Origin: Eledone cirrhosa
Taxonomy: Eukaryota
Direction: 5' to 3'
Assembly (NCBI GenBank): GCA_964016885.1
Contig: OZ024740.1
Location: 221,402,001-221,466,000, forward strand
Length of the DNA: 64,000 nt
Under the pieces are notes generated by a model. That model saw only the letters and a program-made list of their open reading frames with translations, was not told where the DNA came from and did not search any database. The position numbers and the translations under genes were made by a program. Each line of letters begins with the position of its first letter. Within the stretch, counting starts at the first letter, position 1. Shown piece after piece: positions 12,023-26,008 of this stretch.

Positions 12023-15000
12023 GACCGATAGACAGTATTAGCAATTGGAAAGACCAATGGAAACAGTGTTTCCTTTGTCCGATTTGACGAAAGTCGATCG
12101 ATTGTCGATATTTAGTATATAGACATGTAAAATTGGTAAACATGAATTATTTACATATTTCCATGTAGATTGAAAAACACGCATAATCGATTTTTTTTAC
12201 CCATGTTAGGGTCTTATCAATTATCTGCAACGAAATCATTATAATGTGCTATAGAAACCTACTACAGCGCTCTTCTCTAAATAGATCACAAGTGCAAGAC
12301 TGAAACTTAAATTTATGGCTCAACCATCCGGATCTTTCTATAAAGATTGTTTTACTTTATCAGTCTACGAAGCACAAACAATTTGGTTGAAGGAAATAGT
12401 TATGATATGTACTATGTAACGATAGAGAAATATTATAAACAGATTAGTTTTTCTATTTGGAATAAATCAGTTATGTTGTAAGAACTGCTCTAACATGAGA
12501 TTTATTTCTAAATAGATAATAATTAGGTTTTCTGGAACGATAGGTTTCAGTGAGTAAACAGTAATAGATATTAAACAGAGAAACATAACATGTTTCTAAC
12601 GGACGTAATTGATGTTTGTTTTAAAGAAAAACGATAGAAAGAACACGCGAATCCTGAAAGACGTTTATAGAAAAAACAAATAGCTTTTCTGTAATCTGTG
12701 ATAAATAGCCGTTCTATATAAATATCTTATATTTTTGTAATCAATTTAAAGATATTTTCCTGGAAATGAAAATTATTTATTGAGTTTGGTTTTTTCTGCA
12801 TCCTCAATGTGATATTATTAAATGCAAATATATTCAATCAATTTTCAAGAGTGATTACCATTTTTATAACTAAACAGTGCAAGTAGAAGATTTTAAATCT
12901 TAATCAGCATTGACCTATTCAGTAAAGTGGGGTACACAAACTACTCTGTTTTGTTATGTTATTGCTTTTAAACCAGAATAGCTACAATCCATAATCTGAG
13001 AGAGCTTTTAAAGATAAATTCTGTATGGACAGAAAGAAAAAAATCAATAGATTTAATTAATCAAATGTAATTATTCTTTATCTTATTTTATTAATTCTGG
13101 TTACAATCAGAAGAATTGTATTTTTACAGTTATTTCTCGATTTGTTGTGATCAAACGAATTTTTTTTCGGGAACTATTTCGTCATTTCAAATACGGATGC
13201 TGAACTGTAGAATGTATATTGTTTTTGTGTTCTCCTTGAGAGTTGAAATCTTCTGCAATTTATAGAAAGCCACTTTTACAGCATATTTATCCTCCCATGC
13301 ACGGAAAGAGAAACTTAAGCATTCCGGATTCATTGTAAGACATCACTAATCGGCTAATTTTTCCACTTAACGGAGTGTAAATATATTTCATCAGAAGAAA
13401 TAAAGTCGATCAGGCCGCCCCATTAAATATATTAACTTTATTATTAAGCCGGTCCAGTTGTATACTGGTCATTTAACATGACATTCTTGATTAATTCAGA
13501 CGCATGTTCTTATTGATTAATCGTCACTGGTCGTGTTAAACTAAGTACAGTTGACCGTACTGCTCAGTGATTTATCCACGTTAAAACAATAATGAAAGCA
13601 TCATTTTTAAACTGTGTTATCTGGAAACAAATAGGTCCTCATATTGACACTGTTGTTACCTTTTTTATATAGTTTACTCAAGGAGGGAAGAACAGAGTAA
13701 TGCCCATTACTCTTTTAAAGACTGGTAGGGGTGGGGCTGTAGAGGAGAAAGAAAGGGGGCCTAAAACGTAAGACCTTGTTGGAATGCTTTTAACAATGTG
13801 TAGTCCGCCTAAAGCACCCAGGGCCCAGGTGGTGGTGTTAAACTGGATGACAGACGTCGCCCAAATAAAACATCATTGAACCCAGAATACGAAGAGCTAG
13901 AATATATACTACAAAGCATCTCGTAGGATTTTCTAAAAATTCTGCCAATCCATTGCATTGAATTGATATTTATTTTATCGACTCTGATATTACTTTGCAG
14001 GTAATCAATAAATATATACATACTTTCGTCACATTAAAGAATGTTTCTATTATTCTCGCAGTGAGTCGAATTCAGTTGTGATTCCAAGAGAATGCCAATT
14101 GATTCTGCTTATCCCCCCCGCCTCCCCATAAAAAATATAAACGATATAAAACGCCATTTCAATCTTCTATAAATTTGTGAACGAACTTCAGAGATAATTG
14201 TTGTTATTTTCCCCGACAAGACGAATATATGGTCCATAATCTATTCCCAGTTGAAGTCAGTTTGAATAAAGATCACATCTTTCTGTTATTACACACGAAT
14301 TCACAATACTTATTACTTAACAATTAATGTGTTTCTCCCATCCATATTGTTCGAAAAACATACTGCCTATTCAAATGATTGAAGAAATAGGAGTGATATA
14401 ATTTGGTTTTGACACTCTGCGTTATAAATTCAAAGCTTATCGTAATAGCTTTTGCTTACCATTAGCTCTGGAATCGATAAAATAACTTCCAATAATACAT
14501 TGAGTTTGAATCAATGTAGACACTGGTCATGTACTAATACAAACAATCTTCTATATATTCATATGCTTTTGCCATCGCATACTGTCTAGGAAATAATTGA
14601 ATTCGATAAAATGTGTTATTTCCTCGTACAATTAATGAATTATTATTTGAAAATTGAAATTATAATTGAGTTATTGCAATTATATTTGTTGACTTATTAG
14701 GAAATCAAATATTAAAATTGAAAACGAAAGTAATAAGAAAACATATAATGATATTAATTAGAATAAGAACATTTAATAAATGTCCTCTTTGTTTAAAATA
14801 ACGTTTTGATCTTAAACATTAAAAGCGGGTAGCTATAATTACAAAACCAACCAAGAGTAAACACGCAGATTATTTGGTAAACCCTTTCTACCGAAAATTC
14901 AATTTTTGTGTATTAGATTAGCTTGTAGTTTTCTAGACAGAAGTTTTGATATTGTAAACGTTACTACCAAAGGCATAATCTCTAAACATTCTGGTAGCAT

Positions 15001-16285
15001 TGTTAATGAAATTATGATGAGGTTATTACAACCAATAATTTCCCGACAATACTTATATATCTTTTTAAAGTGATTCACTTCTCGTAACAATTGTTCCGAA
15101 GTAGCCAACATCTTTGAAATGAGATGAGAAAAACTGAGTATAATACGCGAGCTAATCTCAACTGGTATTATATCCAATATATAATTCTAAACTAATATGA
15201 ATCGTAGCGAGGCTGTATTGATATACAGCGTTTCTAGGGCATTTTAAAACCTGGCAGAGCCCAATCCGTCTGAATGCAGCAGATTTCTTCCAGAGAAAGA
15301 TAGAAAATGAGAAAGAGATATAGAGGAAGAATTGACACCAGTAACAGACTGGTACTTTTTTTTATTGACTTCGAATGGATGAAAGGTAAAGTTGACCTAG
15401 GTCTAAACCAATATAAACAAGCGCTAAACCAATTGCTAATACACACTCTAATAAACATTTAATTAAAGCAGATTATTTTCTATTCAAGTTCCAACTCAGG
15501 TTTTTGATAACTATTTTCTCTTCTGAGTTTCGCTACCCTGATTTACTCCTCTCTATATACTTATTTCACCATGGTCATAAATATTGAATATTTCAAAATA
15601 ACACCGTTAGTTTTGTTCTGACTAGACGTTCTAGAAGTATGTCTGCAGCATAACTTATATTGGATAGCATCAAGAGAACGGATATATTTAAAGAAACTGG
15701 TCCTGGTTTACAAAAATATCAACGTTTTTGGCACTTTCTCAAAGATGTTCTTCAATTACCTCCTATAAATCGTTTCTATATGTAAGCAATGATTATATAG
15801 AAAATGATTAGTGGGTTATGGTCGTGAAATGTTGAATATTCTGTCAATAACCATTACGAACTCTCGGGCCATTGTGGATTATAAAAAAAACAATAAAAAT
15901 GAAATTATTTCCCATTGTACAGAACATTCTAAGACAAAACATTTGTTTTCTTTTTTGAGACCACTCTAACAAACCTTGCTGGTTAGATGTCAGAGTAATT
16001 GTTATGAAAAATAAATTCTTTCATCTCTTCTTCTCTAAATATTACTTATCTTTTATAATGTGCAAATGTTTTATTTATGGCTACTTAGACACTTATAGAT
16101 TGTGTCGTATTTCAACATTAAGGACTTGACATTTACAGTTTTAAATAAATCTTAGCGTTCAATGCTCCTAAAAATTTATCATAGTATTCACAACTCGTTT
16201 GTCATTTAGATAAAAGCAATTATATAGGCTAAAAAACCCCACATACTATGGTGTGGAAAGCAGATATTATTATATATATTAAAGC

Positions 16286-16500
16286 AGGGCGGTGGTTTAG
16301 CAGTATCGGTAGAGAGTCAGACACCATGCTTTGCAGCATAGAGTTACGGTCCTTTATGGTCTGAGTTCAAATCCCACCGAGGTTAACTTTGCCTTTCATC
16401 CTTACGAGGTCGATAAAATAAAACACCAGTAACGTACTGGGGTCGATTTAATCGACTTCTCCCCAAAAAGAATTACTGGCCTTGTATACTAAAAATCATT
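16286..16500 (+). mobile_element. SINE family 1
   Basis: Full head GGCGGTGG..GCAGTATCGGTAGAG, B box, conserved core; imperfect ATTAT..ATATTAAA direct repeats on the flanks. Confidence 0.8.
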
Positions 16501-19177
16501 ATGTATATTAAAACTAAGCCGATGTATTAACAATTCTTGTTGTAGGCTAGACAAGGAATTATGTATGGAAAAAAATGATGGTAATGCACCCATATGTAAA
16601 TATTTAACAAAACAAAACTTCTCGTTCTATCACACTTCTGTAATAAGGGAAAACCACGCCACCTTTTATTGAACCACCCTACAGTATTGTAAACACTCAT
16701 AACGTCTTTTGCTTGTTAGTTCAACCAATCATGAAATAGAATATGTAAGATAGGAGAGAGAAAAGGGAGAGAGAGAGACAGTCGTAAATCGTGAACAAAT
16801 ATATTGGAAAATAGAGTTCTACATATACAAAAAGACGCATACATACATACATAAATCCATCCATAAATACACACATGCATATCTACATATCTACATACAT
16901 ACATACAGTCAACGCGATCAGTCGCATATTTTGGTGCGGGAGACTATTCATTAAATTTAAGATGAATACTATCTGCGACAGTAATGCCACAACTACCGGT
17001 CATGTTGAATAACTGGATATTCATCTAACTATATCTACTGAAGACACCTTTTATTCGAATTAGTTGAGATATCCGACTAAATACATATTTCATTTTACAA
17101 GGATTTGCTACAAACAGCATGGCTGAACACAACATCAACAACAACAACAACATCAGTGGAGTATCGAAGGAAAACGAGAACGGTAAACAAAATTTATTCA
17201 GTTGTAGCTGCAGAAGGAACCGAAATTATAAATCGTATTTCTCTTGGGGATGATTTGTTTAATAAAATGGCAAAAAACAATTCCTCCATTGGCTATATGA
17301 ATAGAATGAAGCTACACTGGGATGAAATACATCCAGAGCTAAATCACTTCACAGCGAAATAACTACGCCAACAAGCGACGTTTGTTGAACGTAAAAATAA
17401 GATAAATATTATTAATTGTAAGTCCCCCACAACAAACATGTTATAATAAACACGTGCTACAAGTCGCCATGCTACTTGACTTCCTAGCAGCCAGATCGAA
17501 CAGCGTTTTGAAACAACTATGCCTGTAAGAAATTTGACACCACGTATACCATCTAAGTTTACCACGAATGCTGGGGAAAACACTATCGATAATAATAATA
17601 ATCGAAGAAATTTGACACCACGTGTACCATCAGAGTCTACCTCGACTATTGTGGAAAATACTATCGATAATGATAATAAGCAAGCGTATAAACAATTGAA
17701 AATTTCCCTCAACGAAATCTTCCAGAGAGAAATTAATTCATGTATAAACATTTCTCTTGCTGAACTTTTTAAAACAACAATATTTAATAAAACCCAAATA
17801 ATGAAATATTACGTGTTATTGACGAAATAGGAGATGAATATTTACGACGGATAAAAACCCCAACATTTTGGCAAATCAACGCCTGTTTATATGCCTTAGC
17901 AACGACAGTGAAGCATTATCTTGGTGATAGCAGAGATATTAACAAGAACAAAACACCACCAAAAATACCATCATATATAACTAAAATAGAAAAAAAGATT
18001 GCTGACCTACGAAAAACCATAGGATATGTGACAATGCTCCTTACATGCAAACAAACACAAAAAAACTTCACTCCTCACCAACAGAGAGTGAAAAATAAAA
18101 TAGGGACGATGTTTGGAAACAGTAGAACCAGAACTCTTCAATATAAGCTGATCACTCTCAAACATGAATTGAGAGTTGTTAGCGAAAAACGCTGATACCT
18201 GAAGAAGGTAGATGAAAGAAAAGTGCTTAATAAAAGATTCAGACGGAACCAAACATCAGTCTATATAGATATGAAGGGCTAAATAATATGTGTCACTGAG
18301 GCCCCATCCCAGAAAGACAGATTTCTTTTGGAGAAAAATATGGGTTGAAAAGAAGAATTTCAACCAAGATGCAGTGTCGCTAAAAGAAATCCAAAAGAAC
18401 TATTGCTCCTACACTACAACAAAAACATACGAAATATGTGCGGGTACCCTTGAGACTGTGATAGGAAAACTCCAAGTTAAGAAAACACCAGGAAGAGACA
18501 TGATTGTCGGCTACTGGTACACAAAACTGATATTCTATCGGAGGTATCTTACCAGTTCTTAAGGGAGATACACTTATACCAGAATGGTTGACGTTAGCAC
18601 AAACATTACTGGTCCCCAAGAACAAAGACACCCATTGGCAAAAAACTGCCGACCCATTGCATGCCAGAACCTGATGTATAAGATGTATACAGCCTGCCTG
18701 AACCTATTCCTCCAAGATCACTGTGGAAATAATAACATCATCACAGATGAACAAGCAGCTGGAAAGAAATGGGTTGGGGATGTGCTGAACAACTCGTAAT
18801 CAACAAAACTGTGATGTCGGAGGTGCGACAATTTAGGAAGAATATGGCTACAGTCTGGCTGGGTACAGAAAAGCTTTCGATTCTGTTCCCCACTCTTGGA
18901 TGATAGAGGCCCTACACATGCTAAAGTCCCAGACATTATTATCAGAGCCATAGAGAAGCTGTCTTCTTCTTGGGCTACTACCTGAAAGTTAAAGACAGAT
19001 GACTCTATTTTCACTGATAAAATAAAATATCGCAGGGGTATATTTCAGGGAGACAGTCTGTCTGTGATATTATTCATCCTGTCATTAAACCCCCTGTCCT
19101 TTCTGCTCTAGAAATGTGAAGGATACATCATTGGCTCACAGGAGGACAGAAATACGAACCTAACCCATAATTTCTTT

Positions 19178-19789
19178 GTGGATGATCTGAAACTCTATGC
19201 CAAAAATATGGATGGGATGAAGAAAAATCTTGACCTGGTTACAGCATTCTCAGAGGATATAGGAATGGAGTTTGGCCAAGATAAATGCTCATATATGACT
19301 GTAAAGCGGGGAAAAACAACAACCCAATCTAACAACATTTGTATCAATGGCCTAACTGTTTCACCAATATCTTATGAGGACTGCTACAGATACCTGGGGA
19401 TAGATGAGAACATATCATATAATGGTATCTGTAATAAGGAACGCGTAACCAGGGAATACTACACCCGATTAAGAAAGATATGGTCATCAGATCTCTCTGC
19501 GCAAAACAAAACAATGGCTCACAATGTGTTTGTTGTGCCTGTCCTAACACTAACCTTTGGAATACTCAATTGGGTGACAAACGAAATCGGAGCGATTGAT
19601 GTTGGAACTCAAAAAATACTAAACAACACCGGAAACTTCCACATCAACAGTGACATAGACCGCCTTTACTTGAAACGTAAGCTGGGGGGCAGAGGCCTAA
19701 CATCAGTCCAGACAGCATTTGAATGTCGCATCATATCCCTCCGACAACATCTACGAACCTCAAAGCGTAGGAGCCCGTCTCTCGACTAA
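19178..19789 (+). pseudogene. Reverse transcriptase fragment of the R4/Dong element
   Basis: DDLKLY catalytic motif, YLG, GGRGL. Confidence 0.9.
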
Positions 19790-19939
19790 GCCTATCTGCA
19801 TGAAACAGATAAGATCATGAGAGTTGGGAAGGAACTCCTCGAGAGGTATTCCCTGTGTGATAATCAAAACTGACACCCAGGGAAGTTGCTCAGCAGTATC
19901 TCAGTGAATCCATGGATGAAACTGCATGGATGAAACTGC

Positions 19940-20753
19940 ATGCTTATCAGCAAAAACATCATGCATGGATATGTTGCCAGGAAGTTCCAGAGTGCGAGTA
20001 ATATAGATAAAGAAAGTAGTCTATCTTGGACCAACAACCGCTATATTGGCTCCCACTTTGAAGGATGTGCTTTCGCAATCCAAGAACAGGAGATTAACAC
20101 GAAATACCTGATTCACAAAAGAGATAGGGATGCAGGCAAAACACCTAGATGTGATAACAAGTACAGACTCTGCAGAATTAACATCGAAGATGTCACCCAT
20201 GTCATCAGCAGCTGTCCAAAGATGTTATCGTGGTACTATCTACCTATGAGGCATGATGTAGTGGCCAAAACACTGTACAATGCAATCCGTAGAAAAGATA
20301 GCCCCGATAATAAACACATTAAAAGCTACAGCAATGTGGCAGACATACATATACATAATATGAAAGAGTACTGGTGGAATGTTCCAGTAAACCCCAATAA
20401 AGTGCAGGCATAACAGACCAGATATTATGATATGGGACAGGGAAAAGAAGGCATGCACAGTAGTGGAAGTTATCTGTCCAGCAGATGCCAATATAATATC
20501 AAAGATTAGAGAAAATGAGAATATTTATGCAGAACTGATGAGAAATCTGCAGATACTCCACCCTGATTATACCTTCAGATTTATGCCTATGATTATTGAG
20601 GCACTGGGATATGTTAGTAACTGCCTCAATACAAATCTTGAGAAGCTGGGCTTCACAGGAACAGAAAGAACACAACTAGTTAAGAAATTACAAGTACAAT
20701 CCATTAATGGAACAGTAAAAATATGTAAAACATTCCAAAAATGTTGTATCTAA
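19940..20753 (+). pseudogene. CCHC knuckle and PD-(D/E)xK RLE endonuclease fragment of the R4/Dong element
   Basis: RLCRINIEDVTHVISSCPK, RHD, RPDIMIWD..VEV, split by a frameshift near 20400. Confidence 0.85.
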
Positions 20754-21147
20754 TAACTGCATATACACATGTACAGATACTAAGCATATACACATGCACA
20801 CATACAACTCAAAACATCCACATCCACACATACAATAACATCCATATCTACACATGCATGCATGCAGACATGCGTACATATCTACCTAGTTGATGTTGTG
20901 TAAATTCCAATGAGAGAGTCTTGTGTCTATGTTAGAAACCGACTCTCTCTCTATTGGCAAACATTTGTGAAATTATAAAACCAGAAGAATATACATACAT
21001 ACATACATATCTACATACATACATGCCCAAGCTCATATCCAATGTGAGTTTTACCCACCCTCTCCCTCATACAAATATATAAATATATATATATAAGTAT
21101 ATATGCATATGTACGTATATATTCATATATATATATATATATATATG

Positions 21148-21184
<37 letters not shown>

Positions 21185-21260
21185 GTGTGGGATATTGGAA
21201 TACAGATTGATTACATCAAAGGATACTAGTAGGGTATGTTCATTATTAAGTGTTATTAAG

Positions 21261-21456
21261 AGGGCGATGGATTGGCAGTATCGGTAGAGGATCGGACGCC
21301 ATGCTTTGCAGCAAAAGAGTTACGACCCTTTATGATCTAAGTTCAAATCCCGCCGAGGTTAACTTTGCCTTTCATCCTTACGGGGTCGAGAAAATAAAGT
21401 ACCAGTAATACACTGGGATAATTGCTGGCCTTGTGCCCAAAGTAGAAACAATTATT
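21261..21456 (+). mobile_element. SINE family 1 (left copy of an inverted pair)
   Basis: Conserved core; TSD ATTATTAAGTGTT. Confidence 0.8.
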
Positions 21457-21514
21457 AAGTGTTGTTGGGAGGTGGTTGAGCATATCAAACACTTAATAAT
21501 TGTTTCTATTTTAA

Positions 21515-21685
21515 AATAATTGTTTCTACGTTAGACACAAGGCCAGCAATTACCCAGTGCATTACTGGTACTTTATTTTATCGACCCCTTAAGGATGAAA
21601 GGCAAAGTTAACCTCGGCGGGATTTGAACTCAGAATGGCAAGGGCCGTAACTCTATACGTCAATACTGTCAATCCACCGCCTTTA
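21515..21685 (-). mobile_element. SINE family 1 (right copy of the inverted pair, internally deleted)
   Basis: Conserved core on the minus strand; flanking AAACACWTAATAAT repeats. Confidence 0.8.
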
Positions 21686-22604
21686 TCCAAACACATAATA
21701 ATGAACATACCCTACTAGTATCCTTTGATGTAATCAATCTGTATTCCAATATTCAATCACACAGAGATACGTTATGTTTATTAGTTAGTCTTCATCCATC
21801 TATGAACCCTGAACGACTGATAGTGTGTTGGAGACATCGGCGTAATATATGGCGTGTCTTGGATATTTAAACTTGGTGGAGCCTATCCCTAGCTTTGTCT
21901 GATTTCTTCTTCTTCTTCTTCTTCTTCTTCGAGAGAGAGAAAGGTAGAGAGAGGGTGAAAAATATAGGGTGGAAGAATCAACCTCAGTACAGGACTATTA
22001 CTTCTTTTATTGACTTCAAAACAATAAAATGCAAAGTTGACCACAGTGGGATCCGAACTCAGTGAGCACAGTATTTTGTGCAACGTTCTAACGACACAGC
22101 CAATTCACCACTTTGCTATCAACTCTAAGATAAGGAGGATTCGAGCGAACTGCATCGTGACAGAGACGGAAGTCAAAACTAAATATGGAGAAATACATGC
22201 AATTTGATAGAAGGCAATGTTCAGGTTAAAAGAAATAGGTATAGGCTACCAAGTCGCTAGAAAGACAATATCTATAAATAGTATAGTCTAAATCTATATG
22301 AACTAAACGAAGCCACGCAAAACAGGAAACTTAAACGAACTAAGACATGTTAGTACGCAATCTGCCGCAGGCAGAGACAGCGAATTATGAATAAACATAT
22401 TGCATATGGCATCCATAAGATAAATTCAGCGACGAGAAAATCGAGCTAGTAATTGTTCTTTTCTATATAGAAACAATAGCTACATATATATTTTTTCAGT
22501 TATGAATTTTCTACCATATGTAAAATGATGTTTGAGTAATATATATAACATAATGCATGTATCAATATCATTGAACATTAAATTAGAAACACTATAATAT
22601 ATTT

Positions 22605-22880
22605 CGGCGGCAAATTGGCAGGGTCGTTAGAACGTTGGCTAGAATGCTTTGTGGTATTCGTTCCGGCTCTCTTCTTTCTGGGTTCAAATCCCACCAAGGT
22701 CAACCTTGCCTCTCATCCATTCGAGGTCGATAACAAAGTACCAGTCTAGTACTGGGGTCGATTCTTCCTCTGCATCTCTTTCTCACTTTCTCTCTTTTTC
22801 ACCCTCAATCCTTCTCTGGAAGATATCTGTTGTGCTCAAACCTGAGCTCAATAAGCTTAACAATCCCCAAGAAACGCCGT
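22605..22880 (+). mobile_element. SINE family 1 long-tail variant
   Basis: Same core plus a pyrimidine-rich and GAAGAAATCTG tail; similar copies at 11503-11760, 35232-35520 and minus 15225-15410, 21890-22110, 25530-26060. Confidence 0.7.
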
Positions 22881-22974
22881 ATGTTAATATGGTGCCCCTA
22901 CGACTTCAACAGAATTATCACATCACATATACATTTAGATACTATCAACAAAACATAGACTGAAATTATTACAC

Positions 22975-23155
22975 AATAATTGTTTCTACTTTTGGCACAA
23001 GGCCAGCAATTACCCAGTACATTACTGGTACTTTATTTTATCGACTTCGTAAGGATGAAAGGCAAAGTTAACCTCGACGGGATTTGAACTCAGACAGTAA
23101 AGGGACGTAACTATGCTAGAAAGCTTGGCGTCCAACCCTCTACCGATACTGCCAA
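22975..23155 (-). mobile_element. SINE family 1
   Basis: Core on the minus strand; TSD ATTACACAATAATT. Confidence 0.8.
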
Positions 23156-24206
23156 TTACACAATAATTATTTCTAATTTATGCAGAAATACAACAATTGT
23201 CTTGCTTATTGAGTGATACTAGGAATATCTTCCAAACTATGATGATTCTTTCGTTGGTTTCAACGATGAATATTCAGTTGTTCGAACGGCCAATTCGTGA
23301 TTTAATGGTTGAATATTCCACAAACACATGTAGCCTTAATGTATATTCTCAGGTAGAATCTGCATGACACAATACGTGACAACGCTGGACCATTGAATTA
23401 CAGGTAAACCTTATTATTACCAAGTTGCGTGAGCTGGAGCAAACTGAAATAAAGAGTCTTGCTCAAGGATATAACGCATAGAACTCACGATCATATGATC
23501 ATAAGCGAAACACCCTAACCACCAAGGTCGAAAGATACAACAGATTAACAGAGTCTGACGTGAGTTGACAAATTCTCAGTGCAACCTTGAACATTTGTAA
23601 ATATGTTCTTTCTCCGATGAAAGGCTTTGGTTGAAACGTGATTGATATCATCTCTTAACGGCATATGGAATTATCATTTATGGACTCTCTAAACGCATTT
23701 ATGTTATCTGGTGTCGAACATTGTAAAAAGTTCATTGTAAAATATGCTCCAAAATGTAGATTTCAATAAATCTGTAAACATAATTGCACAGGAGAGAATT
23801 TCGTTTCTACGAATGAAAGAAATTAATGATAACCCACAACCTCAACATAGAATATATCATATTTCATCGCGAGCAGAAATCAATCTTCTAATGTCAAAGG
23901 TTGAAAATCAATGGAAAGAAGTTCTGCAGTAGTATTCACTAGAACTGTGTAGTACATAGTTATTATTGTTCATTGTCTGGATCTGAAATATACATGTCAA
24001 TTATTTGTAACTAAAACGTCGAAATGTGACAGGTGCTTTATCAAATCTTAGTTATTAATAAGTGATTAAAAATATCTTCGCATCTGCGTATATCATATTA
24101 TAATTAATTCACGTTGGGTTTTGTGTGTTCCGAAGCTCATGTTTTATGTTTGCCAATAAGGAATCACACGCGAACAATGGAATTGAATTTCATTAATTTC
24201 ATGTTA

Positions 24207-24400
24207 AAGGCGGTGGATTGGCATTATCGGTAGAGAGTCGGACGCCATGCTTTGAAGCATAGAGTTACGTCCCTTTATGATCTGAGTTCAAATCCCGCCG
24301 AGGTTAACTTTGCCTTTCATCCCTACTGGGTCGATAAAATAAAGTACCAGTAATACACTGGGTAAATGCTGGTCTTGTGCCAAAAGTAGAAACAATTATT
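24207..24400 (+). mobile_element. SINE family 1 (full length)
   Basis: A/B boxes and core; TSD TTTCATGTTAAAG. Confidence 0.85.
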
Positions 24401-24481
24401 TTCATGTTAAAGACTCGGCATAAATGTCTTGTTATATTTACCTTTGCTTGCTAAAGCTATAAGTTCAAATTCCAATGGAAT

Positions 24482-24836
24482 TTCTTCTTCTTCTTCTTCT
24501 TCTTCTTCTTCTTCTTCTTCTTCTTCTTCTTCTTCTTCTTCTTCTTCTTCTTCTTCTTCTTCTTCTTCTTCTTCTTCTTCTTCTTCTTCTTCTTCTTCTT
24601 CTTCTTCTTCTTCTTCTTCTTCTTTCTGAGAGGCTCGTGGGGGCAGAGACCTCAAACACGCCCTCTATCAGGTCCTGTCAGAAGCAACCGTTTCCAACTG
24701 ATCCAGCTGGATTCCCAAGCGAGACCAATCAAGCTCATGGATGTTATCTAACCATCTTGCTCGGGGTCTACCCTTGGGTCTCCTGCCAGTGGATTTTGCC
24801 CGTAGAATCTGTTCACCGATTCTTTCCTAAGACATT
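24482..24836 (-). mobile_element. RTE LINE 3' end with long (GAA)n tail
   Basis: Minus translation GRRPKGRPRARWLDNI; overlaps in sequence with 1-68; followed by about 140 bp of (GAA)n. Confidence 0.8.
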
Positions 24837-25780
24837 TATTTTATTCTATTAATATAGTCCGTCATTTTCCCTTTTTCATAACAAACACCTCTACTATCAG
24901 ACTACCAACACCAATAAGCAGCTTACCGACAATATATAAAACTCATTTGACCTATAATTTTCGAAATTCTGGCACCTGATCGTATGCAAATAAGCTGGAT
25001 AGAACTGCATACATGTAAAAAGAGCTATTGCTAAACCAAATGATTTTAAAATAAATTAGAAATCGAATAACCCCATAAATTAATTATAAAAAATGTCTGA
25101 TAGTTCTCTGACGTTTGATGATATTGTTTATAAACAAAACGGCCGCAATTCTAATATAGTATTGACCATGTATATAAAACGGATAACAATCATACTTCAA
25201 AATAGAAAGATGATATTTCAAAAAAGGATTTTTTAGAGAGAATTATCTTCACTATTCTTCCTTCTCTATAGCTCAGACACTGTTAGAAAATATATTTAAT
25301 TAAACAATACATGGTTATAAATAATGTTCCTAACTATTAAGCGCCTACTTTATGAGAATGGTTTAAAAGTATATACAAGAGTTATGACTCAATTGGGAAA
25401 CATGAAAATCTATACACTAATAAAACAGCGATAACAAAAGATCACAGCATTAGCCAAATGTAAAAAGCAACTCTGCATGCATGTATGGTTCCGTAATTCC
25501 TGAGGGAATCGTAGGGTTACTGTAATAACATACGGCGTTTCTATGGCCCTTTTTTCAATTTGACGGAGCCCATCTCCTCTCCAGGTTTCAATGCAGCAGA
25601 ATTCTTCCAGAGAAGAATAGAAAGAGTGACAGAATGGAAGTGAGAAAGAGATATAGAGGAAGAACTGATCTCAATACTTGACTGGTACATTTTTCATCAA
25701 CTTTGAAAGGATGAAAGGTAAAGTTGACCTCGGTGGGATTTGAATTCAGTGAGCAGAGAGCAGAAATGAATACCGTAAAG

Positions 25781-26008
25781 AAAGCATGTGAAACTGAGGG
25801 TCCCCCCGAGAGTCACATGGGTCACATATGTGTTGTCTGATGGCCACATGGCCACACACGACAACTAATTACACATATTACAACTAATGCTTTTGATTTT
25901 ATATTACGAAGATAAAACATGCTCGCGCTGTAAAAACCTGTGTGCGGGCTGCAGGTGTGCTCGTAAAAGGCTGCATGCAACTCGCGGGCCGCATGTTTTA
26001 CATACCTG
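25781..26008. mobile_element. hAT-type MITE nested in a SINE
   Basis: 8-bp TSD CCGTAAAG/CCGTAAAT; degenerate TIRs (AAGCATGTGAAAC ... GTTTTACATACCTG); SINE halves continue on each side. Confidence 0.65.

Larger units (their letters stand above)
16905..21005 (+). mobile_element. Near full-length R4/Dong-clade non-LTR retrotransposon (RT plus restriction-like endonuclease), pseudogenised
   Basis: Motifs across frames: RPIAC, RGIFQGDSLS, FVDDLKLY, YRYLG, RLYLKRKLGGRGL, AIQEQEI, RLC..EDVTHVISSCP, RHD, HNRPDIMIWD...VEVICP; many stops and frameshifts; flanked by (TACA)n with putative TSD CATATCTACATACATACAT. Confidence 0.9.

Noticed and set aside
11340-12410. Degenerate similarity between about 11340-11480 and 12250-12410
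   Set aside because: Old diverged local duplication with no discernible functional structure.
23608-23645. CCGATGA...GAAAC hammerhead-like string
   Set aside because: No convincing stems I-III and no TA-flanked cassette; likely chance.
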